A stretch of DNA of 60,859 bases. It comes from a virus (Duplodnaviria > Caudoviricetes). Where the stretch lies: the IMG/VR virus record IMGVR_UViG_3300027896_000043, positions 1-60,859 of that record. The stretch is one strand, 5' to 3'. Shown here one piece after another: positions 46,565-56,953 of the stretch (its first letter is position 1; the number at the start of each line of letters is the position of its first letter). The notes below the pieces were generated by a model. The model was not told the DNA's origin, did not search any database, and saw only the letters and a list, made by a program, of their open reading frames with translations. A program made the position numbers and the translations under genes.

Positions 46565-49500
46565 TGTGCATTCGTTCCGGGAGTCGAGGATATATGGTTG
46601 TCCGCTCAAAATACACTCAGCACCGGAGGAAAAGCAATTGTATTGTCATGTGTAACGGCCGATACTTACATATTTGATAAACAACTTGGATTAACCCAAA
46701 TTAGTAACTACGTAGACAGTTCCAAGATCGGACCATACGAAATTTCAAAATACAACATATTGGGAAAAGATACTTTCCGTGGAGGAATTCTATTTCACAA
46801 CAATGGATTGGTAGATACCAGAAAAATTTCAACTAAATTTTCCGATATAGAATGTAGTTTAAATCATAAATTGTGGGCATATAGATCGACAACAAAAACG
46901 TTTGGATGGACAAAATCCGAAGAATTAGAAGTGGGTGATTTTTTATCAATCCAACATGGTTCACAACATTTCGTTGCAAACGACGATGTATCGTCATTCT
47001 TTCCAACTATATCCAACAAAATTAAGTCTCCGTTTGTACCAACCATTCTAACTCCCGATATTTGTTATTTATTGGGATTATACATATCGGAAGGAAGCAC
47101 ATACGAAGTTAAAAACCCAGATGGAAAGCTTGTAGGTGGAATGTTGACTATTTCGTGTGGAGATAACATTTCTTCGGTGTTTGATCGACTCGGGTTAAAA
47201 TATTATACAAATGACAATTTACATTATTGTATATCCAACAAAAACGTAATTGAATTTTTGGAATATATTGGATTTGATTTATCATACGTTGCACACGAAA
47301 AAATTATTCCACAACGATTGATGTCTATTAGTCGTAACAACATGATTCAATTGTTACGGGGAATATTTGACGGTGATGGGGGCGGCGAGGCAGGTAATCG
47401 TGTTGGGTTGGCGTCTACGTCCGAGACTCTAATAGACCAAGTTAGAATGCTCTTACTAAATTTTGGAATATTATCCTCCAAATTCCGCCAAACCAAAGAG
47501 AAAATGAATAGTTATGGTGGGAAAATAAAACACAACCACGATATACATTCACTGGAAATATATGGACAACACGCGCTAAAATATTTTACTAGGATAGGGT
47601 TTAACGTAAAACGTAAACAAAGTGGACATGATAAGTTAATAACGTCAAATCTATCCAGAAGCTGTACACGCGACGTAATACCGAATACATTGGATCTTAT
47701 CAATTCATTATATAAAGTGTCCGGGGAAACATCCAAAACCGTCAGTCAAAAACTTGGAATTCAATTAAACGGATACGTAAATAAAAAGACAAAATATAAG
47801 ACGTCGAATATTTCAGCAACAAATGTTAAATTGTTATATTCAACATATAAACATCTATTATCGGAAGCCGACATTAAATATTGGGACATGGTGATAGATG
47901 ATGATCTCACGTGGGTAGAAATTAAAAAAATAACGGAAAGTAAAAATTACACATATGATTTTTCACTTCCGGACGATCCTTCCGACAATTGGTGCCATTC
48001 CGTGTTATACAATGGACTTCTCGGGCATCAAACACCAAACGGTGTGGGAAATCTGTTCCATAAATTGTGGTCCGAAGCTACTGATGGGTTAAATGATTTC
48101 AACATGCTGAATCTTCCGTGGCAGTTGCACCCGGAAAGAGAACAAAAATGGAGAGATGAACAAACCAAATTATTGGGACCAAAGGGCGCAGCACAGGAAT
48201 GTTTTGAGGCTGATACCAGAATTTATACAGATAGTGGGTTCAAGCGCATTGCTGATATTAAAATCGGAGACCAAGTTCTTACGCACGCCGGCAGATATCG
48301 TCCAGTATTGCACGTTATTAATAACGGAGTAAAAGATGTAATAGAAATCCGGAGTAGTTTAAATAGAACAAACAGAAAAGTTACGGCAAATCACCCATTT
48401 TACACCAACGATAAAAAATGGGTTGAATTAGACAAAATAAATTCTCCGATCATATCGTATCCGGCCGAAGCGGATATCCCAAGCAAATACACAGAGAACA
48501 AAACCATAGATTTGTTGGAGCACATTAAACCGACATTTTTCAAATTAAAATTGTGCAATGATGATACATCCGTGTACATCAATGACAGAAAGCATAAAAC
48601 AATACACAATAGAATTGTTACATTGAATTATGATATTGGATTTTTAGTTGGATTATATCTGGCGGAAGGCTGGGCTGAAGACGATAGAGTATATTTCTGC
48701 TTTAACTGGAAAACTGAAAAAAATGATTGTCCGATTAAAGTTTTATCCATAATCCACAAAAATATAAGTTCAAATATTAATTCGTCATTTAGAAAGACGG
48801 GAGACACCGATTCCGGACAATTGATGGTTAATAGTCAAATACTGTCCAAACTACTCCATGCATTGACGTGTGGGTCGGATTGTTACGATAAATGTTTATC
48901 CGCTAAATCGTATGAGTTAGGGTCTATTGATTATTTTAAAGGAATATTAGATGGTTTATTTATCGGAGATGGTATGGTATTGGACAAATATGGAAAAAAA
49001 TATTGCTCCGCGTCCGAAAATATTAGATATGATGTCAAATATTTAATGCGTATAGTTGGTTTTGGTCTCATGTCTATGTACGGTAGAGAGCTACATTTAC
49101 TGGGAAGTATTCGGAAACATTGTGATGATAGATTATTGTCTTCGATATTGGACAGCGAATATATCCACCCACATGCAGCAAATTTTGGACACCTCGATGA
49201 TGGAAGTGAATATTCAAAAATTATCAGAAATGATTATGTTGGATATTCCATGGTTTATAATTTAGAAGTAGCTGATGACCATTCTTACGTAACTGAGCAC
49301 GCGGTTGTTCATAATTGTGATTGTGTCTTTGAAACTTCCGGCAACACAGTAATAGACCTCAAATTATTAGAGTGGTATGAAAAAGAAAGCAAATCTATAA
49401 TAGAGCCAAAAGAAAAGCGTGGACATGATCGTGGATATTGGATATGGGAATATCCAAAATCTGGACGATCTTATATGGTTACTGCTGACGTTGCGAGAGG

Positions 49501-50209
49501 TGATGCGGCAGATTTTTCTGCGTGTCAAGTTATTGACGTAGAGACACTCGAACAGGTTGCTGAATATAAAGGACAAATTCCAACCAAAGAATATGCTAGA
49601 ATTATTGCGGCTATAGCAACTGAATATAATCTGGCGTTGTTAGTGGTTGAGAATGCAAATATTGGATGGGCAGTAATACAAGAATTGGTGGATATGGATT
49701 ATAAAAATCTATTTTACAGTTCGTCCGATTTGCTGTATGTAGACGTTGATGTACAATCCTCGAATAAAATTAATGCACAAGACAAAAAATTAGTTCCCGG
49801 ATTTACGACATCATCAAAATCTAGACCATTATTGATCTCCAAATTAGAGAGCTATATTCGTGAAAAGTCACTAATAATCCACTCCAGACGATTGATCGAG
49901 GAATTAAAAGTATTCGTGTGGAAAAGCACTGGTACGACAATTAAAGCTGAAGCAATGTCTGGATACAACGATGATTTGGTTATGTCAATTGGTATAGCAG
50001 CGTGGATTCGAGATACGGCATTACGTCTACAGTCTCAAAATAATGATTTAACCCGTACTTTGTTAACCAGAATGGGAAGTACAATAAAACCGATTGAAAA
50101 TAAAATACATTCCACCGCTCAAGGAAATCCGTACGGAATAAATACCGATCCGTGGAAAATGAGAATCAATGACTCGGTCACGGAAGACTTGACTTGGTTG
50201 ATCGGATGA
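46223..50209 (+). CDS. terL: Terminase large subunit C-fragment with split-intein C-part and two cis inteins
   Basis: IntC..VSSN|CAFV, LS|intein|TPNG, QE|intein|CDCVF, then nuclease motifs ADVARGDAADFS, VVENANIG, GFTTS, NDDLVMS. Confidence 0.93.
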   Translation: MSLDYKDVSEWEVMTPTGWQSFSGIKKTTKKKYILLEFASGKTLKCSTGHKLKRWDGVFVDTTRIREGTKIIDVGGELDTVINKKPILDPIDVYDLVEVENGHEYLTNGLVSSNCAFVPGVEDIWLSAQNTLSTGGKAIVLSCVTADTYIFDKQLGLTQISNYVDSSKIGPYEISKYNILGKDTFRGGILFHNNGLVDTRKISTKFSDIECSLNHKLWAYRSTTKTFGWTKSEELEVGDFLSIQHGSQHFVANDDVSSFFPTISNKIKSPFVPTILTPDICYLLGLYISEGSTYEVKNPDGKLVGGMLTISCGDNISSVFDRLGLKYYTNDNLHYCISNKNVIEFLEYIGFDLSYVAHEKIIPQRLMSISRNNMIQLLRGIFDGDGGGEAGNRVGLASTSETLIDQVRMLLLNFGILSSKFRQTKEKMNSYGGKIKHNHDIHSLEIYGQHALKYFTRIGFNVKRKQSGHDKLITSNLSRSCTRDVIPNTLDLINSLYKVSGETSKTVSQKLGIQLNGYVNKKTKYKTSNISATNVKLLYSTYKHLLSEADIKYWDMVIDDDLTWVEIKKITESKNYTYDFSLPDDPSDNWCHSVLYNGLLGHQTPNGVGNLFHKLWSEATDGLNDFNMLNLPWQLHPEREQKWRDEQTKLLGPKGAAQECFEADTRIYTDSGFKRIADIKIGDQVLTHAGRYRPVLHVINNGVKDVIEIRSSLNRTNRKVTANHPFYTNDKKWVELDKINSPIISYPAEADIPSKYTENKTIDLLEHIKPTFFKLKLCNDDTSVYINDRKHKTIHNRIVTLNYDIGFLVGLYLAEGWAEDDRVYFCFNWKTEKNDCPIKVLSIIHKNISSNINSSFRKTGDTDSGQLMVNSQILSKLLHALTCGSDCYDKCLSAKSYELGSIDYFKGILDGLFIGDGMVLDKYGKKYCSASENIRYDVKYLMRIVGFGLMSMYGRELHLLGSIRKHCDDRLLSSILDSEYIHPHAANFGHLDDGSEYSKIIRNDYVGYSMVYNLEVADDHSYVTEHAVVHNCDCVFETSGNTVIDLKLLEWYEKESKSIIEPKEKRGHDRGYWIWEYPKSGRSYMVTADVARGDAADFSACQVIDVETLEQVAEYKGQIPTKEYARIIAAIATEYNLALLVVENANIGWAVIQELVDMDYKNLFYSSSDLLYVDVDVQSSNKINAQDKKLVPGFTTSSKSRPLLISKLESYIREKSLIIHSRRLIEELKVFVWKSTGTTIKAEAMSGYNDDLVMSIGIAAWIRDTALRLQSQNNDLTRTLLTRMGSTIKPIENKIHSTAQGNPYGINTDPWKMRINDSVTEDLTWLIG
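46649..48031 (+). mobile_element. TerL cis intein 2 (461 aa), LAGLIDADG, C-terminal Gln
   Basis: CVTADTY..CSLNHKL..LLGLYISEG..LLRGIFDGDG..TYDFSL..GLLGHQ|T. Splits the S-TPNG motif. Confidence 0.9.
48200..49315 (+). mobile_element. TerL cis intein 3 (372 aa), LAGLIDADG
   Basis: CFEADT..VTANHPF..LVGLYLAEG..LDGLFIGDG..VYNLEV..VVHN|C. Confidence 0.92.
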
Positions 50210-50283
50210 ACTATCATTTGATTATTGAGAATAAAAATAGTAATACTTACTATTTATAACCACCCATATCCATATATACCATT

Positions 50284-53200
50284 ATGGCAGATAAAACCGA
50301 AGCGGAAAACAAAAACGATACACTATTCAATAAACTCAAGAAGTTATTTTCTTCTGGTGTAATAGTGCGGAATGTTGGTGGCAAATCATTAAAGATATCC
50401 GATACGGATAATATTCAATATGCTACCGACAGAAACAGCCTACGTGATCGATATAATAGATTACGAAGTTCAACGTACAATTTACACAACCGGGATATGT
50501 CATTGGCATATCAAGCGGCGAGATTGGAACTATTTCGTGATTACGATTGTATCGGAGAAGATACTATAATTCCTCTCCCAGATGGATCCAAACCAACGAT
50601 TAAAGAATTGACCGAAAAATATAAAGATTCACCGAAAGAAAAATTTTATGTTTTTTCGTACGATCATGATAGTAAATCAATACATCTCGGAAACGCATAT
50701 CATCCCAGAAAAAAGGGAATTCGAAAAGCGTGGAAAGTTACATTCGACGATGGAAAATATATAATTGGTAGCGCGGGGCATCCGTTCTTAATGAGAAACG
50801 GCGAATATAAAAAGTTAGAAAATGTTACGGTCGGCGAATCTGTTATGCCGTTTTATCAAAAGGATTTTTATCATAGTGGTTATCGTAGCATTTATAATTT
50901 TAGTAAAGGTTGGCAGTCTGAACATGTTATCGTGGCGGAACAATTTAATCACAAGTTGTTAGAAAATGAAGTTGTTCACCATAAAGATTTTAATAAAACC
51001 AACAATCTACCGACAAATTTGGTAATAATGAATGATGCCGATCATCGGGCATATCACTGTAAAATAAATAATGAGAAAATTTGGTCAAAAGAAAATAGAG
51101 AAAAACAAATTTTATCAATTCGCAATTCCGTTCAATTTAGAAAAGTTCATTCTTGGAACGGAAAAAGAAGTGGAAAAAATAATCCATTTTTTGGAAAAAC
51201 TCATACCATTGAATCGAATAATAAACGATCATCGTCATTAAAATCTGCATATTCAAAAATAGATACCACCGGAGATAAAAATTCTAATTACAGAGACGAT
51301 TTAACATTTGACAATTTAAAAATAAAAGCAATTGAATATTACAAATCAAACGGAAAATTACTCATTGATGAATTTTCTAAGTGGGTCGGATGTGGACAAT
51401 CCAGTATACGCGTCAGATTAAAATCGAACAATACTGTATGGAAATCGTTTAAATCCGAGATAGAATCCACACTTAATCACAAAATTACGTCAATTGAATA
51501 TATCGGCGAAAAAGATGTATACGATGTTACGGTTGATAAATATCAAAATTTTGCCACCGATAGTTGTTTCGTACATAATACGATGGATTCTGATGCAATT
51601 TTGGCATCCGCACTCGACGTTTACGCGGATGAGTGCTTAGTGCCATCAGAATTTGGAAATGTGTTGACGATTACTTCCGAAAATGAACAAGTAAAGAAAA
51701 TTCTCGAAAATTTGTTTAATGACATATTAAATATCGAATTTAATTTGTGGTCATGGACTAGAAATTTGGCAAAATACGGAGACTTCTTTTTGCGTATGGA
51801 AATTTCTCCGGAATATGGTGTATATTTAGTTAAACCACTGTCCGCGTACGAAATAACGCGAGTGGAAGGATCGGATCCACAAAATATAAATTATGTAAAA
51901 TTTCAACATGACGGACTCGGCGGTGGACAGGAATATGAAAATTTTGAGATGGCACATTTTAGATTATTGAGCGATAGCAATTTTCTTCCATATGGAAAAT
52001 GTTTAAAAGGAGATACATATGTTGATACCGAATTTGGAACGACGCAAATAAAAGATATTAAAGTTGGTGATGTAGTTTGGACATTCAATTCTACTACCAA
52101 TAAAATGGAACTGAGTACTGTTCTAAATCAAGTATCCTCCGGAATTAAGGAGATCATTCGAGTTCGAACACAACATAATTTTGTCGATTGTAGCCGAGAG
52201 CACCCAATACTCACGTACAATAAATTGACAGAAAAGATGGAATATAAAGTCACAGATGAAATTAAAATCGGAGATTTATTGATTATTTCTTCCAATAACA
52301 ATAAACAAAGTCGTGGACATAAGATAGATAAAACCGTCAGTGAGGATTTGACATGTAAATCATTTTCTCCAACAATCGACGAAATTCCAGACTATGTTGA
52401 CGAAGAATTTGCAGACTTTTTTGGATTTATGTTGGGAGATGGTTGGATTAAAAAATATTCCAATGGTGCCAGAGTTTGTTTTTCACTTGGAACGGATGAA
52501 ATTCAAAATACAAAATATATTGCGGCATTAGAAAAATATTCAGGAAAACCGGTACGGGTAACTAAAGTTGGAAGTATGGATGGAAAATCCCGATCTGCCA
52601 CCGTTTATACAAAGCGTTTATATGAAATATTGAGAAATATGGGATTTGGTGAAAATGCAAAAACAAAACGAATTCCCACTTGGGTATTTGAAGCACCGGA
52701 ATCAATTCGTTTAGCACTTCTGGATGGATTTTACAACGCAGACGGTTGGGAATTTACTGATACATGGGCTAAACATTGTGCAATAGAACTGTGCAATAAA
52801 GATTTAGTTTTTGATATAAAGAGATTGGTGCAATTAAGTAATATAAAATCGTCGATTCCGTCTTCTCGCATTTACAATGATACGGTTGAAATCTGCGGGG
52901 TTTCGTGTAATAGATCGGAAAATCATTCTATATACTATTACCCGGAAGGCCAGATTAAGCAAAAGATGGAAAAATATGATTTTATAGATTCGGATAATAT
53001 TTTCATCGAACCCGTCAGAAAAATTGAATATCAACCAGAAGCAGAAACCTTCGATATTCAAGTAGAATCAAACAATTCTAATTTTATAGCAAACGGAATT
53101 ATTGTTCACAATTCCATGTTAGAACCCGCTCGCCGTATTTGGAAGCAATTATCGTTAATGGAGGACGCAATGTTAATTCATCGTATTGTCCGCGCTCCAG

Positions 53201-55041
53201 AAAAACGTATCTTTAAGGTTGATGTTGGTAATATTCCACCCGCGGAAGTGGATATGTACATGGAAAAGTTAATGAATAAGGCAAAGAAAGTTCCATATAT
53301 TGACGAACGAACCGGAGACTATAATCTCCGATACAACTTAAACAATATGTTGGAAGACTTTTGGCTCCCGGTTCGTGGTGGAGACAGTGGAACATCGATT
53401 GATACACTATCCGGAATGGAATTTACGGGAATCGAAGACATTGAATATTTACGAAACAAGATGATGGCAGCGCTTAAAATTCCGAAAGCATTTTTGGGAT
53501 ATGACGAAACTCTATCTGGTAAATGTGTCCGTGGAAATACCAGAATTAAATTATTGGACGGTAGAGTTATGGAAATTAAAGACATTGCCGAATCATATCA
53601 GAATGGAAATGATCCTAAACTTGAAACATATTCATATGATACATCGACTAATTCAATTATTCCCGGAAAAATCGTTGAATGCAAAAAAACAAGATTAAAT
53701 GCTGAATTGGTTCGAATCCATTTGGATAATGGTACACACGTAGATACCACTCCGGATCATGGATTCGTTTTACTGGGAGGTAATCGAATTGACGCGAAAG
53801 ATTTGTCTCCGGGAAATAGTTTACAAGCAGTATATATTAGAACGAAAAAATTAGCACTTAATGCTAATGAATATGAGCAACTATATCAACCAAATACTCA
53901 ATCATGGGTTTGGACACATGAAATGGTAGATGAATATTATTCCGGGAAAATTATTAATAATGGATATACTCCGGGAAGAGTAAAAACACTAAAAAATAAA
54001 AATAAAATTTTCAACCATAAAGTTGTCAGCGTAGAATTTATCACTGACCGCGAAGATACATATAATATGGAAGTGTGGGACAAGAATGAGAATCACAATT
54101 ATCTCATAGATAATGGAATCATTATAAAAAATTCAACACTTGCAGCAGAAGATGTAAGATTCTCACGTACAATAGGTAGAATGCAAAGAATTATCGTTTC
54201 TGAACTATCAAAAATTGCAGTTGTTCATTTATTTGTTCAGGGATATAAAGATGCTTCACTTGTAGATTTTGAATTGAAATTGTCCAATCCTTCTACAGTA
54301 TTTGAACAAGAGAAGATTGCAATTTGGCAAGATAAAGTTAACTTGGCTAAAGACATGATGGAATCCAATAGTTTTAGCCGTAAATGGTTATATACAAAAT
54401 TGTGGGGATTGACCGAAGAGGAAGCTGAGCAAATACATACTGACGTTATTTCCGATAAAAAGGAAGAATGGAGATTGGAGCAGATAACAACTGAAGGTAA
54501 CGATCCAATGATGAGTAAGCAAAAAGTTGGGTCCGATGGAGAGTTGTCCGATGTTGGTGAATCCGGCGGAGACGAATCTTCTGAAGGATTACCCGATTTA
54601 TCTAGTTCCGGAAATGAAGCTGAAGCTCTTCCCGATTTATCTAGTTCCGGAAATGAAGCTGAAGCTCTTCCCGAGTTGACCGAATCAGATAAACCAAAAA
54701 AAGAAGAGGAGCCGCCTTCCCGACAAGAGAAGGATGAGCGAAATAGAAATAGAGACCAAACCGGAGAAAAAGATTCCACTGATTATCCTTTCGGTGAAGA
54801 TCCTCTTGGCACACAAGAAACTTTCCGTGAAAAATCACACAGAAAACCGAATAGAACAACGAATCCTAGACCGTTACGAGTAACTGAACGCTCACAGGGA
54901 ATTTCAATGGCATCTATGGCAGAAGAGCTTAAATCAATTAAACAAACATTGAGTCAAAGAAATCTCGTCAAAAATAAAAAATTGATAATTTCGGAAACAA
55001 CTTCGATGTTGGATGAATCGAATTTACTTGCCGATGAATAA
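50284..55041 (+). CDS. Portal protein (T4 gp20-like) with three inteins; about 667 aa after splicing
   Basis: Exteins: DYD|TMDSD..ALDVYADE, KYGDFF, HFRL..PYGK|SMLE, EDAMLIHRIVRAPEKRIFKVDVGN, EDFWLPVRG, LKIPKAFL, GK|STLAAEDVRF. Confidence 0.93.
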   Translation: MADKTEAENKNDTLFNKLKKLFSSGVIVRNVGGKSLKISDTDNIQYATDRNSLRDRYNRLRSSTYNLHNRDMSLAYQAARLELFRDYDCIGEDTIIPLPDGSKPTIKELTEKYKDSPKEKFYVFSYDHDSKSIHLGNAYHPRKKGIRKAWKVTFDDGKYIIGSAGHPFLMRNGEYKKLENVTVGESVMPFYQKDFYHSGYRSIYNFSKGWQSEHVIVAEQFNHKLLENEVVHHKDFNKTNNLPTNLVIMNDADHRAYHCKINNEKIWSKENREKQILSIRNSVQFRKVHSWNGKRSGKNNPFFGKTHTIESNNKRSSSLKSAYSKIDTTGDKNSNYRDDLTFDNLKIKAIEYYKSNGKLLIDEFSKWVGCGQSSIRVRLKSNNTVWKSFKSEIESTLNHKITSIEYIGEKDVYDVTVDKYQNFATDSCFVHNTMDSDAILASALDVYADECLVPSEFGNVLTITSENEQVKKILENLFNDILNIEFNLWSWTRNLAKYGDFFLRMEISPEYGVYLVKPLSAYEITRVEGSDPQNINYVKFQHDGLGGGQEYENFEMAHFRLLSDSNFLPYGKCLKGDTYVDTEFGTTQIKDIKVGDVVWTFNSTTNKMELSTVLNQVSSGIKEIIRVRTQHNFVDCSREHPILTYNKLTEKMEYKVTDEIKIGDLLIISSNNNKQSRGHKIDKTVSEDLTCKSFSPTIDEIPDYVDEEFADFFGFMLGDGWIKKYSNGARVCFSLGTDEIQNTKYIAALEKYSGKPVRVTKVGSMDGKSRSATVYTKRLYEILRNMGFGENAKTKRIPTWVFEAPESIRLALLDGFYNADGWEFTDTWAKHCAIELCNKDLVFDIKRLVQLSNIKSSIPSSRIYNDTVEICGVSCNRSENHSIYYYPEGQIKQKMEKYDFIDSDNIFIEPVRKIEYQPEAETFDIQVESNNSNFIANGIIVHNSMLEPARRIWKQLSLMEDAMLIHRIVRAPEKRIFKVDVGNIPPAEVDMYMEKLMNKAKKVPYIDERTGDYNLRYNLNNMLEDFWLPVRGGDSGTSIDTLSGMEFTGIEDIEYLRNKMMAALKIPKAFLGYDETLSGKCVRGNTRIKLLDGRVMEIKDIAESYQNGNDPKLETYSYDTSTNSIIPGKIVECKKTRLNAELVRIHLDNGTHVDTTPDHGFVLLGGNRIDAKDLSPGNSLQAVYIRTKKLALNANEYEQLYQPNTQSWVWTHEMVDEYYSGKIINNGYTPGRVKTLKNKNKIFNHKVVSVEFITDREDTYNMEVWDKNENHNYLIDNGIIIKNSTLAAEDVRFSRTIGRMQRIIVSELSKIAVVHLFVQGYKDASLVDFELKLSNPSTVFEQEKIAIWQDKVNLAKDMMESNSFSRKWLYTKLWGLTEEEAEQIHTDVISDKKEEWRLEQITTEGNDPMMSKQKVGSDGELSDVGESGGDESSEGLPDLSSSGNEAEALPDLSSSGNEAEALPELTESDKPKKEEEPPSRQEKDERNRNRDQTGEKDSTDYPFGEDPLGTQETFREKSHRKPNRTTNPRPLRVTERSQGISMASMAEELKSIKQTLSQRNLVKNKKLIISETTSMLDESNLLADE
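50548..51579 (+). mobile_element. Portal intein 1 (344 aa) with HNH endonuclease and NUMOD3-like motif
   Basis: CIGEDT..SAGHPF..VVHHKDFNKTNNLPTNL..H...H..GKNNPFFGKTHT..VYDVTV..FVHN|T. Confidence 0.92.
52000..53112 (+). mobile_element. Portal intein 2 (371 aa), LAGLIDADG
   Basis: CLKGDT..CSREHPI..FFGFMLGDG..LLDGFYNADG..TFDIQV..IVHN|S. Confidence 0.92.
53524..54132 (+). mobile_element. Portal intein 3 (203 aa), near mini-intein with degenerate endonuclease stub
   Basis: CVRGNT..TTPDHGF..WVWTHEMV..TYNMEV..IIKN|S. Confidence 0.88.
54592..54674 (+). repeat. 39-bp perfect tandem duplication (PDLSSSGNEAEAL x2) in the portal acidic tail
   Basis: CCCGATTTATCTAGTTCCGGAAATGAAGCTGAAGCTCTT at 54592 and 54631. 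Confidence 0.92.
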
Positions 55042-55098
55042 TATAAATCAATATTTGTCATTTTTCCATTCTACTAATATATTTATAATCAACACCCG

Positions 55099-55974
55099 AT
55101 GAAGAAACTTAGCCATTCAAAATATCGTAATACTGGTATATTATTTGAACTTTTAGTTCGTCAAGTAACCGCTGATATTCTCAATGGTTCCGATGATTCT
55201 CGCGCTAATAAAATACTACGAACATTTTTCTCAGAATCCACGGAACTCGGAAAAGAAAATCGACTATATAGAATTATTGTCGAGGAAAAGGTAAAGGATC
55301 AGTCGAGTGCAGATAGACTTCTTGGTACGGTGGTTAGTACCCGCAGAAAATTAAATGAGACGGAGTTATTGACTCAGAAGTATAATCTCATAAAAGAAAT
55401 AAAAAGCAATTATCCAATCGATGATTTTCTACGTGGAAGTATTCAGAATTACAAATTACTAGCATCGGTATATAAAATTTTTGAAGATTCTGTTAATAAA
55501 GTTCAATGTGATCCACGAGATTTATTTAAAGCTCGTGGGTGTATAGTTGAACACATGGCATCGAAATTGTCTCCAACTAGATTGATTTCCGAAACGGAAA
55601 AACAAGATTTAATTAAGACGTATCAACAACAAAACGAAGATGTTCGATTGTTGGCATATAAAATATTAATCGACTCGTTCAATGAAAAATATGCCGGATT
55701 AAACGAGAAACAAAAAGTATTAATTCGTGAGTATATAAATAACATTAGTAACACGAACTCACTTCGACAATATATCAATAAAGAAGTACCCGAAATAAAA
55801 ATCGAATTAACCGAGTTGAAGAAATCGGTTCCAAATAATATAGTCAAAATAAAAATTGACGAAACAATTTCACAACTGGAAAAAATAACAAAGGGTACAT
55901 TGGTAAAAGACAATCAAATAATGGCACTGATGTTGTCATATGAATTGATCAAAGAACTTAAATCGATAAAATGA
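55099..55974 (+). CDS. Conserved head-module protein between portal and protease
   Basis: HSKYRNTGILFELLVRQ, FNEKY..L...QK..IREYI. Late motif upstream. Confidence 0.65.
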   Translation: MKKLSHSKYRNTGILFELLVRQVTADILNGSDDSRANKILRTFFSESTELGKENRLYRIIVEEKVKDQSSADRLLGTVVSTRRKLNETELLTQKYNLIKEIKSNYPIDDFLRGSIQNYKLLASVYKIFEDSVNKVQCDPRDLFKARGCIVEHMASKLSPTRLISETEKQDLIKTYQQQNEDVRLLAYKILIDSFNEKYAGLNEKQKVLIREYINNISNTNSLRQYINKEVPEIKIELTELKKSVPNNIVKIKIDETISQLEKITKGTLVKDNQIMALMLSYELIKELKSIK

Positions 55975-56471
55975 AAAAATCACATCTACGAAAATTGATA
56001 CGGGAAGAATTGAATAGAAAAAAACTTTCACGTCAGCCGACCGGCGACGAATCTGTAATAGAATTAAATTACAATATAACCGGCGATCCAGTTCAATATG
56101 ATGGATATGATTGGGATGTCGAAGCATTGGTTGATGGTGAGGGTGGTATAATTGAACTAAAAATTATTAATCCAGAGACGGATGAAGTAACGACCTATCG
56201 GGATGATAAACCAATTGTCGGAGATAAAAAACTCATAAGTACCGCAATTGAAGCGGTTGAAAAAAAGTTCGAGAAATTGTCAGCAGCATCAAAAGACGAA
56301 TATGACGTTGATCGTGGACTAGAACGTGAAAAGGATCGAGCAGAGTATCAGCAAAATTACTACGATGATATTGGAAATGGAATGAATGAGTCAACACTAA
56401 AAAAATTGATTAAATTAGTTACCGAAGTCATCTCCGAGAGCAAGACAAAAAATGACAAACGAAAATCTTAA
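55971..56471 (+). CDS. Hypothetical acidic protein with capsid-targeting-like leader
   Basis: MKKSHLRKLIREEL.. and internal MNESTLKKLIKLVTEVISE. Confidence 0.6.
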   Translation: MKKSHLRKLIREELNRKKLSRQPTGDESVIELNYNITGDPVQYDGYDWDVEALVDGEGGIIELKIINPETDEVTTYRDDKPIVGDKKLISTAIEAVEKKFEKLSAASKDEYDVDRGLEREKDRAEYQQNYYDDIGNGMNESTLKKLIKLVTEVISESKTKNDKRKS

Positions 56472-56952
56472 AAATATATTGAGGGAAATCATCGGAGAAG
56501 TTTTGGATGAAATCACCGGAACTGGATCGGTTGCTGGTTATCAGACACCATTTGCATTCGCCGGAAAAGGAGATACTGAACGGAAAAAGAAAATTGCAAA
56601 ACGATCAATTCCCGGCGGAAAAGTTGTCGATGATGAAGAAAATCCAGACGAAATAACCGAAGGTGATAGACTCCCAATTATCACGCGAGGCACGGTTGCC
56701 GAGGGGCGCGGTAGGTATCACAATTTTAAAACAGATCCAACGATGAAGACCCATCGGAAAATTTCATATGGAATAAAAGAAGCACATTCAATGTTACATG
56801 AGGTGGAATTTCTCGTCGGTTTATGTGAACGATTAAAAACAGAATCCGGAACTTCCAATACGGATTTATGGAGTAGAACAAAAAAAGACATCGTGAATAT
56901 TCACGGTAGATTAAAAGAAATAGCTAAACGAATCAACCGATTAAACAAATAA
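56452..56952 (+). CDS. Hypothetical prohead-associated protein
   Basis: MTNENLKNILREIIGEVLDE|ITGTGSVAGYQTPFAF. Confidence 0.6.
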   Translation: MTNENLKNILREIIGEVLDEITGTGSVAGYQTPFAFAGKGDTERKKKIAKRSIPGGKVVDDEENPDEITEGDRLPIITRGTVAEGRGRYHNFKTDPTMKTHRKISYGIKEAHSMLHEVEFLVGLCERLKTESGTSNTDLWSRTKKDIVNIHGRLKEIAKRINRLNK

Positions 56953-56953
56953 A

